Sequence record: MZ477002.1
Source: Acinetobacter phage Phab24
Length of the DNA stretch: 64,000 bases
Direction: 5' to 3' (one strand)
Numbering within the stretch: position 1 is the first letter of the stretch; each line of letters starts with the position of its first letter. The position numbers and the translations under genes are program-made. This document shows, piece after piece, positions 18,408 through 27,408 of the stretch. Under the pieces are notes generated by a model. It was not told the DNA's origin. It saw only the letters and a list, made by a program, of their open reading frames with translations, and did not search any database.

Positions 18408-18776
18408 GCTACATATGAAGAGTTCTTAGAACGAATTAAAGTAACTGTAAATGGGCGAGAATTCAATTCAATTAGTGATGTAAGAGTGCCATCGTTTAAA
18501 TTTGCTTTTATAAAAGATGGCTATAAAATTAACCAACATCACTTATCTATTCAAGCAAGTGAATATCATTATTGCTTACCACGTGAGAACGTGAAAGAAT
18601 ATACACATGTTGAAATTGGTTTTCCATCATTTGAATTTAGTGAAGATTTCATTAATAAATATGCTGATGACCCTACAGAACCATGTGATACAATTTATGG
18701 GTATGTTCCAATTGAAGAGTTGGCTTTGGAATTACATAATTTTTGTAAAAAACAACATAACGAGACAATTTTCTAG
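18408..18776 (+). CDS. hypothetical protein (122 aa)
   Basis: ATG at 18408 after GGAG. Confidence 0.5.
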   Translation, partial: ATYEEFLERIKVTVNGREFNSISDVRVPSFKFAFIKDGYKINQHHLSIQASEYHYCLPRENVKEYTHVEIGFPSFEFSEDFINKYADDPTEPCDTIYGYVPIEELALELHNFCKKQHNETIF

Positions 18777-18786
18777 GAGATATGAA

Positions 18787-19278
18787 ATGACACAATCGAA
18801 TGAAGTAATGAAATTAGTTGGTGAATACCTTGCGGTTAAAAAGGAATATGAATCAAAACTAAGTCAATTAACTTCAAAACACATTGAAGCTTACGCAGAA
18901 ATTATTGGTGAAAATCATGGTAACTTCGTATTAGTCGTTAGGGGTATGACCCCTACATTTAATGATGGTGATATTTGCGAACATAGTTATGATTATAGTC
19001 TTGTAACTAGCCCTAATCGGTGGGGTTTTGATAACGATGACCTATACATCTATGACAGTTTCGATAATGATGATGTATATACAGAGTTGTTTGAGTACGA
19101 TGAAGAAAACAAAACAACAATTAATACATGTTACGTAAATAATAAAAGCTTTGAAGAGGGTATCACTAACTTCGCTTCATTTATTGATGATGTGAATGAT
19201 ACAAACTATGAAGTACGAGTTAAGTACAAAGATGGTGTTGTTAGTTATGTATCAGAATATTGTGATCCTGATTATTAA
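18787..19278 (+). CDS. highly acidic protein (163 aa)
   Basis: AGGAGA RBS. Very D/E-rich with many aromatic residues. Confidence 0.55.
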   Translation: MTQSNEVMKLVGEYLAVKKEYESKLSQLTSKHIEAYAEIIGENHGNFVLVVRGMTPTFNDGDICEHSYDYSLVTSPNRWGFDNDDLYIYDSFDNDDVYTELFEYDEENKTTINTCYVNNKSFEEGITNFASFIDDVNDTNYEVRVKYKDGVVSYVSEYCDPDY

Positions 19279-19327
19279 TTAATATATTATTAACACAAGA
19301 CGGGTAGCTTATGTTATCCGTTTTCTT

Positions 19328-19831
19328 TTGGAGAAATATATGGAACACGTAAAAACACTGTCTTCAGCAACACTTTTAAGAACAAAAAACATTCCACTAA
19401 CTTACTGTAAATATAAAAAAGTTTTATCCGAAGACCATCTCAAGTCAGTTGTTTGTAATTTCCACCCTACTATTCAGTTAATTATACATGAAATATTAAA
19501 ACATACAGAAGGATTATTTGAGAAGTATGATCACTGTTATCTTAATGTTAAAGTTCGTGATCTGAAAACTGGAGATTCAGGTGACGACCTTAATCAAGTT
19601 CATTTAGATTGGACAAATGATCCTAATCACCCTAATAAAGAAGAAACACACTTCTTATACACAAGTACAGGTGGTACAAAGTTCTATGTATATGATGAAG
19701 TTATTGGTGAAACATTACCGAACAGTATTTATAAATATCATCGTGAATATCATCAAAGTCCGCGTGTAAAAAGTGCTTGCAAAAGAGTTATGATTCGATT
19801 ATCATTTGTAGACACTTTATGTCAGAGGTAA
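19328..19831 (+). CDS. hypothetical protein (167 aa)
   Basis: ORF track. Confidence 0.5.
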   Translation: MEKYMEHVKTLSSATLLRTKNIPLTYCKYKKVLSEDHLKSVVCNFHPTIQLIIHEILKHTEGLFEKYDHCYLNVKVRDLKTGDSGDDLNQVHLDWTNDPNHPNKEETHFLYTSTGGTKFYVYDEVIGETLPNSIYKYHREYHQSPRVKSACKRVMIRLSFVDTLCQR

Positions 19832-19859
19832 ATCTCATGAAACATTCTGGAGAAAGTTA

Positions 19860-20372
19860 ATGGAAATTATGTGGATCATATTATCAATTATGTTTGGAAT
19901 AGTAGCTACAATCTTTGTACACGACTTTATCAATAATGATGGAAAATCAAAATCTAAAAAATCACCTATAACATTTGTAAGAACAAGGGGTTTAGAGTCT
20001 CTAAAAGCTGAATACAAAGCTAATTATCTTTGGGCTTGTAAAACATTTGGAGTGTCCCATAGTGTATTTACTGACACATCTGAAACAGAATATGGTGGTA
20101 GGTATTGGTTGTATAAGCATGTAGTACGAATAGGCGATTCATACGGAGGTAAATATTTATACCCTCATAATTTACCATTCCCAAAAACACAGATTTCTGA
20201 AACAGGACTCTGTTTTGATAAAGAAGCTCCTACTTGGGTGTATTCTTTCATGGTTGAATTTAACGAAATTGTAAACAAGGTTAGGGACTTTCACAATTCA
20301 GAAGATATTAAACTTTACATCAAGTACGGTGTAAGTTATAAATGTCTTATGAGAAACATTATTGGAGATTAA
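19860..20372 (+). CDS. N-terminally membrane-anchored protein, paralog A (170 aa)
   Basis: N-terminal TM. The C-terminal IKLYIKYGVSYKCLMRNII resembles the C-terminus of its neighbour. Confidence 0.55.
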   Translation: MEIMWIILSIMFGIVATIFVHDFINNDGKSKSKKSPITFVRTRGLESLKAEYKANYLWACKTFGVSHSVFTDTSETEYGGRYWLYKHVVRIGDSYGGKYLYPHNLPFPKTQISETGLCFDKEAPTWVYSFMVEFNEIVNKVRDFHNSEDIKLYIKYGVSYKCLMRNIIGD

Positions 20373-20856
20373 AATGGTTTGGTTATTATTCATATTATGT
20401 ATAGCAATCGCTCTATTCATATGGTTTATTATTTTTAGTGGTGATAAATTGGAGACAGAGAAAACTTTACATGGTTCAACCTACGTAAAAGCAAATAATA
20501 AAGAGAAGTTTATTCTTAATTATCAATGGTGTGTTGAAAATTTAACATTAAACTACAAGAATTTGTTTATTGATTATGAGCAATATCTCGATGATTCTAG
20601 ACGTTTTGATTATTTTATTGTTTATAAACTGTCTAACTATCAGGCAACTTACTCGTTCAAAGAGTTAGGAAATCTTAATGTAAAAGTAACTAATGGTGCC
20701 GGTTATGATTGTGGAAATGTAAATGCATTTTATAACAAGTTTAACAGTAAGGTAGAAGCAATACGTAAACTTTTAGATCAACAAGATATGATTTTATATA
20801 AAAAATATAAAATTAATTATACAAACTTGTTGACAAACATTTTAAAAAACAAGTAA
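20362..20856 (+). CDS. N-terminally membrane-anchored protein, paralog B (164 aa)
   Basis: N-terminal TM. C-terminal MILYKKYKINYTNLLTNIL. Confidence 0.55.
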   Translation: MEIKMVWLLFILCIAIALFIWFIIFSGDKLETEKTLHGSTYVKANNKEKFILNYQWCVENLTLNYKNLFIDYEQYLDDSRRFDYFIVYKLSNYQATYSFKELGNLNVKVTNGAGYDCGNVNAFYNKFNSKVEAIRKLLDQQDMILYKKYKINYTNLLTNILKNK

Positions 20857-20923
20857 TATACAAACACACAAGGAGAGAGAAATTTATTCTCCTCCCAATT
20901 TAATTAAACAAAGGAGAGACATT

Positions 20924-21607
20924 ATGTCATGGTTATCTAAATTACTTTCAGTATCATCTAACGTAGTAACTGAGAAAGCTGAAAAAGTGTTGGACAATGT
21001 AGTAGATATTAAACGTGAAGGTGGAGCAATTATTCGTAAGATTGACGGTAAAGTTACGGCACTTCGCACACGTTTAACTGAAGCACAAACTCAAGTTCAA
21101 ATGAACAAAGATGAAATTAAAACTTTAAATCAACAAGTAGCATTAATGAATGAAACAGCAGCTCGTGCCGTTAAAGCTGGTAATGATGAAGATGCTATTC
21201 AAGCACTCAATCGTGCAGAGTTGTTTACTGAAACAATCAATAGCTTACAGCAATCTAACGATATTTTAGAACCTGTTATTGCACAACAGTTAAATTATAT
21301 CCAAACACTGGAAGCTGAGAAGCGCAGTTTAGAGACAGAGATTCGTAGAATGGCTATTGAAGAAAAAGCTTATAATTTACGCGCTGATATGTTGGGTGGT
21401 GTTGATGGAACATTTGGTTATAATATTGATGATCTACGTAAACGTGTACAGAAAGCTAAAGCATCCGTAGAAGCTAAAGAGATTATTTCTGAGAAACTTG
21501 GTGAGAACGTTGAGAAGAAATATGAATCAGCTCCTCGTGCTTCAATTGAAAGTAAACTTGAGGCATTGAAATTACAGCATGGTAAATCAGAAACTACTTC
21601 TGAATAA
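20924..21607 (+). CDS. PspA/IM30 (phage-shock protein A / LiaH)-like coiled-coil protein
   Basis: N-terminal [20 protein letters not shown] matches PspA [39 protein letters not shown] matches ALLKEREDLARAALIEK. The rest is a long amphipathic coiled coil. Confidence 0.5.
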   Translation: [227 protein letters not shown]

Positions 21608-21635
21608 TATTTAAAATTAAGACAAGCTTAAAATT

Positions 21636-21660
21636 AAGACACCTTCGGGTGTCTTTTTTA
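21636..21660 (+). terminator. rho-independent terminator
   Basis: AAGACACC-TTCG-GGTGTCTT followed by T6. Confidence 0.8.
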
Positions 21661-21689
21661 TTGACAATAGTTTTATGCCATGTCATACT
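21661..21689 (+). promoter_or_regulatory. sigma70-like promoter TTGACA-14-(TGt)CATACT
   Basis: It follows the terminator immediately. Confidence 0.45.
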
Positions 21690-21726
21690 CTATAAATCAT
21701 CTACACTGAGTAATAGGAATAGTATT

Positions 21727-21918
21727 ATGACTATTAAAGAGTTAAATAAATTATATCTTAAATGGAATAGTGGGACTAGACAGCAGTTATTTGGACAATA
21801 TGTTTTAGCTAACTCTGTATTATCACACCATTTAACTGAAGAACAATGTAATTATATTTATTATGAGACTAACAGTGTTGTTGCTTATAATAAAATTTTA
21901 TTAATTTGTACTGACTAA
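21727..21918 (+). CDS. hypothetical protein (63 aa)
   Basis: ATG at 21727. Confidence 0.45.
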   Translation: MTIKELNKLYLKWNSGTRQQLFGQYVLANSVLSHHLTEEQCNYIYYETNSVVAYNKILLICTD

Positions 21919-21928
21919 GGAGAAAACT

Positions 21929-22510
21929 ATGATATATGGATTTGGTGTCAATGATGTTCCAGAAAAGACATGGGATATTATTAATGGTAAACGAGTTATT
22001 AATCCATACTATGATCGATGGAAAAACTTAATTCGAAGATGTTATAGTGAGAAGTTACACGGTAAACGTCCAAATTATGTAAACACAGTTGTATCTGATG
22101 AGTGGAAATATTTTTCTATTTTTAAAGAATGGATGGTTTTGCAAAACTGGAAAGGGATGCATTTGGATAAAGATTTAATAGGCAATGGAAAAGAGTATTC
22201 AAAAGATACTTGTTTATTCATACACCCGTCAGTAAATACTTTTATAACGGATAGAGGTAATTATCGAAGTTCAAAACTACCAATTGGTGTTTATTTAGAA
22301 AATAATGGTAAATACAAATCACACATTAACGAGTTTAATACTGGAAAAACTAGATATCTTGGAACTTTTGATACACCAGAAGAAGCTTTTAATTGTTGGT
22401 TTAAAAACAAATTAATTGAAGCTAAGAAATTAACTGGATTACAAGGTGCAGAACATCTTGAAAGTTTTTATGAACGTAATTATAATGATTATTTAACAGG
22501 TAAAAAATAG
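21929..22510 (+). CDS. HNH-like homing endonuclease with AP2 domain
   Basis: HLDKDLIGNGKEYSKDTCLFIHPSVNTFI plus AP2-like IGVYLENNGKYKSHINEFNTGKTRYLGTFDTPEEAF. Confidence 0.75.
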   Translation: MIYGFGVNDVPEKTWDIINGKRVINPYYDRWKNLIRRCYSEKLHGKRPNYVNTVVSDEWKYFSIFKEWMVLQNWKGMHLDKDLIGNGKEYSKDTCLFIHPSVNTFITDRGNYRSSKLPIGVYLENNGKYKSHINEFNTGKTRYLGTFDTPEEAFNCWFKNKLIEAKKLTGLQGAEHLESFYERNYNDYLTGKK

Positions 22511-22520
22511 GAGAACAGAA

Positions 22521-23192
22521 GTGGGGAGCGACATCTGGTATAATTTTCAAAATAAACAAGGTGATGAGTGGGTTAATTTAGACCTTGACACCTCATCAGA
22601 ACTTGTTGAAACAGAAACAGGTTGGCAATTCAAAAAGAAACAATTTAGAATTGGTCGTCACTATCAATTATTTGCTGTATTAGCTGACGTAAGAAATGGT
22701 TATGGTTTTGCTGGATGTATTACAGGTATTCCAGTTGTGCCTATTTCAAAACCACGTGGTTTGCCAGATGATATTGAAGCCGAGCGATATGACGAAGATG
22801 ATGACTATTGGTATAACGATTATGGTAATCATTCATACTCATGGTTATTAGGTACTGAGATGTTAGATTGGTGGAAAACAGCACCAACTGTCACAAAGAT
22901 CGGTATCCTAACCCTTGAAGATTTTCTTAATTGGGATGGTAAATCAGAATATGAAGGTTCATGGTGTGGCGGTATTAGTGGTAATGGTGTTCATGTTTAT
23001 GACACACTTGAGAAAGACGATGCGTGGATAATTCGAAACTTAGACTTTAAACAATATTCACATATCACACATGTCAGAACATCTTGGCAAGTTGATTTAA
23101 AGAATGAATTATCATATTTCTTTGACGGGATGATTAAACCTCTTGTTGATGAGTATGGTGAAATTCGTTTTGTATTTGGTTTTGATTCTTGA
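22521..23192 (+). CDS. hypothetical protein (223 aa, GTG start)
   Basis: GGAGAACAGAA RBS then GTG. Confidence 0.55.
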   Translation: MGSDIWYNFQNKQGDEWVNLDLDTSSELVETETGWQFKKKQFRIGRHYQLFAVLADVRNGYGFAGCITGIPVVPISKPRGLPDDIEAERYDEDDDYWYNDYGNHSYSWLLGTEMLDWWKTAPTVTKIGILTLEDFLNWDGKSEYEGSWCGGISGNGVHVYDTLEKDDAWIIRNLDFKQYSHITHVRTSWQVDLKNELSYFFDGMIKPLVDEYGEIRFVFGFDS

Positions 23193-23217
23193 GTTAAGGA
23201 AGTTATAGGAAGTTATT

Positions 23218-23424
23218 ATGAAATTAGAGAAAGATATTCAAAAAGAGATAGATCGTCTTTGGGATGTTTACAATGAATCTATTGATAAAATGGTAGAATC
23301 TGGAACTAAAGATGAAAATGCTTGGATTATGAGCGTATGTGCCTATACTCGACTTGATGCTTTAAATTGGGTTTTAGAAAAATGTGAAGAAGGAATATTA
23401 ATATGTATGTTGTATCGTTTGTAA
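23218..23424 (+). CDS. hypothetical protein (68 aa)
   Basis: ORF track. Confidence 0.45.
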   Translation: MKLEKDIQKEIDRLWDVYNESIDKMVESGTKDENAWIMSVCAYTRLDALNWVLEKCEEGILICMLYRL

Positions 23425-23612
23425 TTGGTTTATTTCTACTGTGTTCATTTCCAACAGTAGTGTCTCTGATATATATTGCTTTTCGTGAAAAAGAGCTGGA
23501 TAAACTATCTAAAGAATATTCGTTAATAGGTGTAATTGTTAGTGGTTTGTTATTACAATTAGTAGTTTGTTTTATTACAGTAATGGTTCTTCTGTCACAC
23601 ATTCTTGCTTGA
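23403..23612 (+). CDS. small membrane protein (69 aa, 2 TM)
   Basis: Two hydrophobic helices. Confidence 0.4.
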   Translation: MYVVSFVIGLFLLCSFPTVVSLIYIAFREKELDKLSKEYSLIGVIVSGLLLQLVVCFITVMVLLSHILA

Positions 23613-23681
23613 CAAATATAAGTTAAAACATTAACATACAAGAGAGCCGAAGCTCTCTTTTTATTTTACAGGAGTTATATA

Positions 23682-24440
23682 ATGTCTTTAACAAACAATA
23701 TCACTAAACAAACACCAATTCGTGTTCTGTGTGCTTTTGATAACCCTTCGGCAATCCGTCCTAAACTGACATCTAAGGCTGCTAAAGTGCTAGATTATAC
23801 GTTAGACTACTTTATACAGAACTATTGCTCTAATCGAAGCGCATATAGCTTAAAAGAAGTTTATATCGAAGAATATAACTATATTCTAATGCAGCTATGT
23901 TTGAATGATGTGATCTCGTTATCAGATATTACTCACGGGAACGGCATTAAGACAATCACAAACATCCATGACGATTACTTAAAGCTGTGTGAACCCTCTA
24001 CAATTTCGATCTTTGAACGTACAGGAATTAACTTAGATTACGAATTAGATTTACGCAACACCAACGAAGCATTTAGTCAATTGTGTGTAGATACTAACAA
24101 AGTACCATTTGATACGTATGTATCTATTAAACTTTTACATAAACAAATCCAGTGTGCAAGACGAGGTATTGAGTTTGCTTTAACATTCTCTGATATGAAA
24201 AGATTAATGTCTCGTAAACGTTGTTATTATTCTGGTGTTGAATTAACAGTAGATGGTTTGCATTCTTTATCTTTAGATCGTATTGACAGCACAAAAGGGT
24301 ACAATAGCGAAAATACAGTTGCTTGTTCTGCATACATTAATGCGTTGAAGAATGAAGTGTTAGAAAGCAAGGTTGCTACTCGTGACATTTCACCAAAAGA
24401 ATTGAAACGAGTGTTATTGAAGTTTGCTGAAATGTTATAA
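23682..24440 (+). CDS. HNH endonuclease-domain protein (252 aa)
   Basis: C-terminal RGIEFALTFSDMKRL..RCYYSGVEL...SLDRIDSTKGYNSENTVACSAYINALK is an HNH motif. Confidence 0.6.
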   Translation: MSLTNNITKQTPIRVLCAFDNPSAIRPKLTSKAAKVLDYTLDYFIQNYCSNRSAYSLKEVYIEEYNYILMQLCLNDVISLSDITHGNGIKTITNIHDDYLKLCEPSTISIFERTGINLDYELDLRNTNEAFSQLCVDTNKVPFDTYVSIKLLHKQIQCARRGIEFALTFSDMKRLMSRKRCYYSGVELTVDGLHSLSLDRIDSTKGYNSENTVACSAYINALKNEVLESKVATRDISPKELKRVLLKFAEML

Positions 24441-24451
24441 ACAACAGATAT

Positions 24452-24485
24452 AAAAAAGCCCTGCTCATGCAGGGTTTCTTTTTGA
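24452..24485. terminator. bidirectional rho-independent terminator between convergent blocks
   Basis: A6 then GCCCTGC-TCAT-GCAGGGT then T5. Confidence 0.7.
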
Positions 24486-24492
24486 ATAAATA

Positions 24493-24711
24493 TTAATTTA
24501 ATTTCTCAAACTGAAATCCATCGAAGTCTTCCGTACTTAGAGGCATAACAAAAAGATAACCCACCCGATTATCTTGATATTTAAACTGTACAAAGTGTTC
24601 ACCAACATCCGTAACTTCATAAACAGAAGAAGAAAGGCGTGACTTAATAATATTACCTTTCTTTAGTAAGCTCCAATCTTTTAACAACGAAAGTTGCTTT
24701 TTACTTAGCAT
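24493..24711 (-). CDS. hypothetical protein (72 aa)
   Basis: ORF track. Confidence 0.45.
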   Translation of the reverse strand: MLSKKQLSLLKDWSLLKKGNIIKSRLSSSVYEVTDVGEHFVQFKYQDNRVGYLFVMPLSTEDFDGFQFEKLN

Positions 24712-25079
24712 AATTCCTCCAACAAGAATGAAATGATTTCATTATGTACATATTCTTTTTCATCTTCAGATAACTCTAAAGTCTCACCACAACAGTTTAC
24801 AACTTCTAAATCATAATCTAAAGTATCTTCATCAATCTCAATCCATCCGCTACCTTCTACTCCATAACTATCTGCTCTTAAATCAACATTGTTAACTGTT
24901 ACATAGATTACCCAATCATTAGAGTTAATATCAACATAATTAAATTCAATGTTGTCTGCTGTATTACCATACTTTTCAATTTTGATGTGGTTCATAGCAT
25001 TGTTCATAGTGTATCTCCTGTGTATGAATATAATATATAGGAACACAAAAAACATGTCAACATCTTTCGACATTGACAT
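24705..25079 (-). CDS. hypothetical acidic protein (124 aa)
   Basis: ORF track. Confidence 0.5.
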   Translation of the reverse strand: MSMSKDVDMFFVFLYIIFIHRRYTMNNAMNHIKIEKYGNTADNIEFNYVDINSNDWVIYVTVNNVDLRADSYGVEGSGWIEIDEDTLDYDLEVVNCCGETLELSEDEKEYVHNEIISFLLEELC

Positions 25080-25126
25080 GTAAAATAATCTAAGTTAATT
25101 TTTTAGTAGCTTACCTAAAGATACAA

Positions 25127-25417
25127 CTAACTGTTAATCTCAAGGCTGTTCATTTCAGATACAAACTTCTTATTACCACACGAAAATTCAAGAATATTTG
25201 AAATGTTAAATGATCGGTATTCTTTCTTTTCACAATCAAAGACACGAATAGTATTTTCATTTAGTTTAGATAGTTTACGTTTGTTTGGTTTTTTAGACAG
25301 GAACTTCTTGATTCCTGTTTTTGCGAACATTGTGCGAACCTCACCGTTAGCTTTTATAAATTTAACCATAAACATGCGTGAGTTGGTTGACATAATTAAA
25401 GATTTTAAATTTTCCAT
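25127..25417 (-). CDS. hypothetical basic protein (96 aa)
   Basis: ORF track. Confidence 0.5.
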   Translation of the reverse strand: MENLKSLIMSTNSRMFMVKFIKANGEVRTMFAKTGIKKFLSKKPNKRKLSKLNENTIRVFDCEKKEYRSFNISNILEFSCGNKKFVSEMNSLEINS

Positions 25418-25455
25418 AACACGTTCCTCTTGTTGATATGATAAATATACTTGAA

Positions 25456-25647
25456 TTATTTATATTCGTCAAGCTCTGATTCTTTAAACCATAAATTTAA
25501 TGGTGTTATTTTATACCAACGTTCGTTATGGTTAGTATAACATTCACTTATAACACCAGTCTCAAGTAAATATTCTCCACAATTAACCATAACGAAGACT
25601 TGATTCTTGTATTGAATAAGTCCTTCTAGTTTATCTTCAGTGTTCAT
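25456..25647 (-). CDS. hypothetical protein (63 aa)
   Basis: ORF track. Confidence 0.45.
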   Translation of the reverse strand: MNTEDKLEGLIQYKNQVFVMVNCGEYLLETGVISECYTNHNERWYKITPLNLWFKESELDEYK

Positions 25648-25883
25648 TACAAACTCTCCTGTAAATAAGAAATATATCCATCAATAACTCTCAACATGTT
25701 TGGTGATGTTTTAACAAGTTCTTTATCAAAACACGCTTCAACTCTCAGTGATTCCAATTTATCAAACACTTCTGTATCTGTTAAATATGAATCTTCAAGA
25801 TATCCCTTTATTTTATTAAATATTGTTGATAGTTTTAAGTCAATATCTTCATACCAACAGTCAGGTGTTTTTATTTCACTCAT
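25647..25883 (-). CDS. hypothetical protein (78 aa)
   Basis: The internal ATG at 25883 has a GAGGAAAGTGAGG RBS. The track ORF extends to 25922. Confidence 0.45.
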   Translation of the reverse strand: MSEIKTPDCWYEDIDLKLSTIFNKIKGYLEDSYLTDTEVFDKLESLRVEACFDKELVKTSPNMLRVIDGYISYLQESL

Positions 25884-26055
25884 CCTCACTTTCCTCTTTA
25901 ACTTCTTCAGCATTAACAACAATAGCGGTTAAATCTGGATAGTCTTGTTGTAAGTATTGAATAGCTAATTCTTTTGCATGCTCTTCACTACAAGCTGTAG
26001 TTATGGTGAAGCTGACATAACCCATTACACTCAAATCTATGTTGTAATCACTCAT
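25876..26055 (-). CDS. hypothetical acidic small protein (59 aa)
   Basis: Not in the ORF track. ATGAGTGA overlap downstream and ATGA coupling upstream. Confidence 0.4.
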   Translation of the reverse strand: MSDYNIDLSVMGYVSFTITTACSEEHAKELAIQYLQQDYPDLTAIVVNAEEVKEESEDE

Positions 26056-26504
26056 CCCTCAGCTCCAGATTCGCTTGCTTCAACAGCCTTACATATGGCT
26101 TGTTGATCATCATTCATAATGTTTTCATCATCGTGAGTGTTATTTGGATGGCACATTGCTATGCCAATATGACCAATTGTTCGTTCTGCAACATCTTTCG
26201 GCACAACAACATGCGTATCTGGCACAGCCTGATCATTATTAATCTGTGCATACAAATCTTGTCTTTCATCAAGCAATTCAGTGATTCGATCTTGAAGGCG
26301 ACCAATCTCAAAAGATTGTTGCACCACCTGAGCTTTGACTTTTTCTTGCCATGCGTACCAAGCTCCATTGATAAATGATTCTGCACATGAGTTGAATGGT
26401 AAGTTGTAGAAATCACCATTAAAATGAGATTTTTCTTCATTTAGTATTTCTGCAATTTCAGACAAGTTCTCAAACTCACTTCTTAACTTATTTAAATCTT
26501 TCAT
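26052..26504 (-). CDS. hypothetical protein with NGAWYAxQ motif plus coiled coil (150 aa)
   Basis: Shares SFINGAWYAWQEK plus a coiled coil with the 2719..3282 product. Confidence 0.55.
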   Translation of the reverse strand: MKDLNKLRSEFENLSEIAEILNEEKSHFNGDFYNLPFNSCAESFINGAWYAWQEKVKAQVVQQSFEIGRLQDRITELLDERQDLYAQINNDQAVPDTHVVVPKDVAERTIGHIGIAMCHPNNTHDDENIMNDDQQAICKAVEASESGAEG

Positions 26505-26689
26505 TTTAAACCCTCAGCTTTTGCATAAAAATAACCAGTAAAACAAATTTGTATTTTCTCATTTATGAACGTAGGTACTTCATTAATCCATTCATAACTT
26601 TTATCAGTCTTTTCAAACAAGTCTGTACAAAGTTTTGACTCAAGAAAATCAAGAAGAATTAAATTAACCACTTCATTTCTAGTTTTCAT
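26501..26689 (-). CDS. hypothetical protein (62 aa)
   Basis: ORF track. Confidence 0.45.
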   Translation of the reverse strand: MKTRNEVVNLILLDFLESKLCTDLFEKTDKSYEWINEVPTFINEKIQICFTGYFYAKAEGLK

Positions 26690-26771
26690 TTCAAATCTCC
26701 AAATAAAAAGGACACATCGTTATCGACATGTCCTTATATTATTAGATTAAATTTTATTTGTCAAATTAATT

Positions 26772-26906
26772 TTACAGTAACTCTTCTAAAAATGGGAAGT
26801 GTTTTAGAATCTGTTCTTTAGCCTTACGAGCAACATCAACTACTTCTTTCTGGGCTGTCCCTTCATCATCACGAACATTAATGAAATGTAGCCATTTAAG
26901 AACCAT
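26772..26906 (-). CDS. hypothetical small protein (44 aa)
   Basis: Not in the ORF track. ATG lies 5 nt after the upstream stop. Confidence 0.3.
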   Translation of the reverse strand: MVLKWLHFINVRDDEGTAQKEVVDVARKAKEQILKHFPFLEELL

Positions 26907-27408
26907 GTCCCTCTCCATATCCTAACTCTTTCTGCTTAGTATACCTAAAATCACAAGCAGCAGCAAAAGCGTCTTCATACTTCTTGGTAGAAAAATACTT
27001 CACTTTGTTTTTACCACCTTCGACCCAACGCACACGAAAATACAAAGTACCTGAAGAGTTATAATACTCACTAACACCAATAAACCCCGATGTGTTATTG
27101 CTCGGCTTTCTTCTGTTCTTTGCTTGCTCGCCTTTTTCAATCCAAGTACAATTACTCTTACAATAATCTCCGTTTACATCAATTCTTTCCAAAGTAAGTC
27201 CTTCTGAATATGTTGAATACATGTCGTTTTTGAATCCAGAGAAATCGGACCAAGAATCATCATAACTTATACCTCTACCACCATAACAGTAATAAAAATC
27301 GTGGTTTATGTTATCACAACGATATTTCATATTTTCCCAAATATCGTAAAACTTTGAGTTCGACATATTATGTTTAGTATTCCTCTCCAATAACCTATCC
27401 CTTATCAA
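26896..27408 (-). CDS. HNH–AP2 homing endonuclease, C-terminal portion (−1 frame)
   Basis: YDIWENMKYRC...YGGRGISYDDSW..F..F, ERIDVNGDYCKSNCTWIEKGEQAKNRR (HNH), and SGFIGVSEYYNSSGTLYFRVRWVEGGKNKVKYFSTKKYEDAFAA (AP2). The frame is open upstream to give KTGNTKSCGCL. Confidence 0.7.
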   Translation of the reverse strand: MIRDRLLERNTKHNMSNSKFYDIWENMKYRCDNINHDFYYCYGGRGISYDDSWSDFSGFKNDMYSTYSEGLTLERIDVNGDYCKSNCTWIEKGEQAKNRRKPSNNTSGFIGVSEYYNSSGTLYFRVRWVEGGKNKVKYFSTKKYEDAFAAACDFRYTKQKELGYGEGHGS

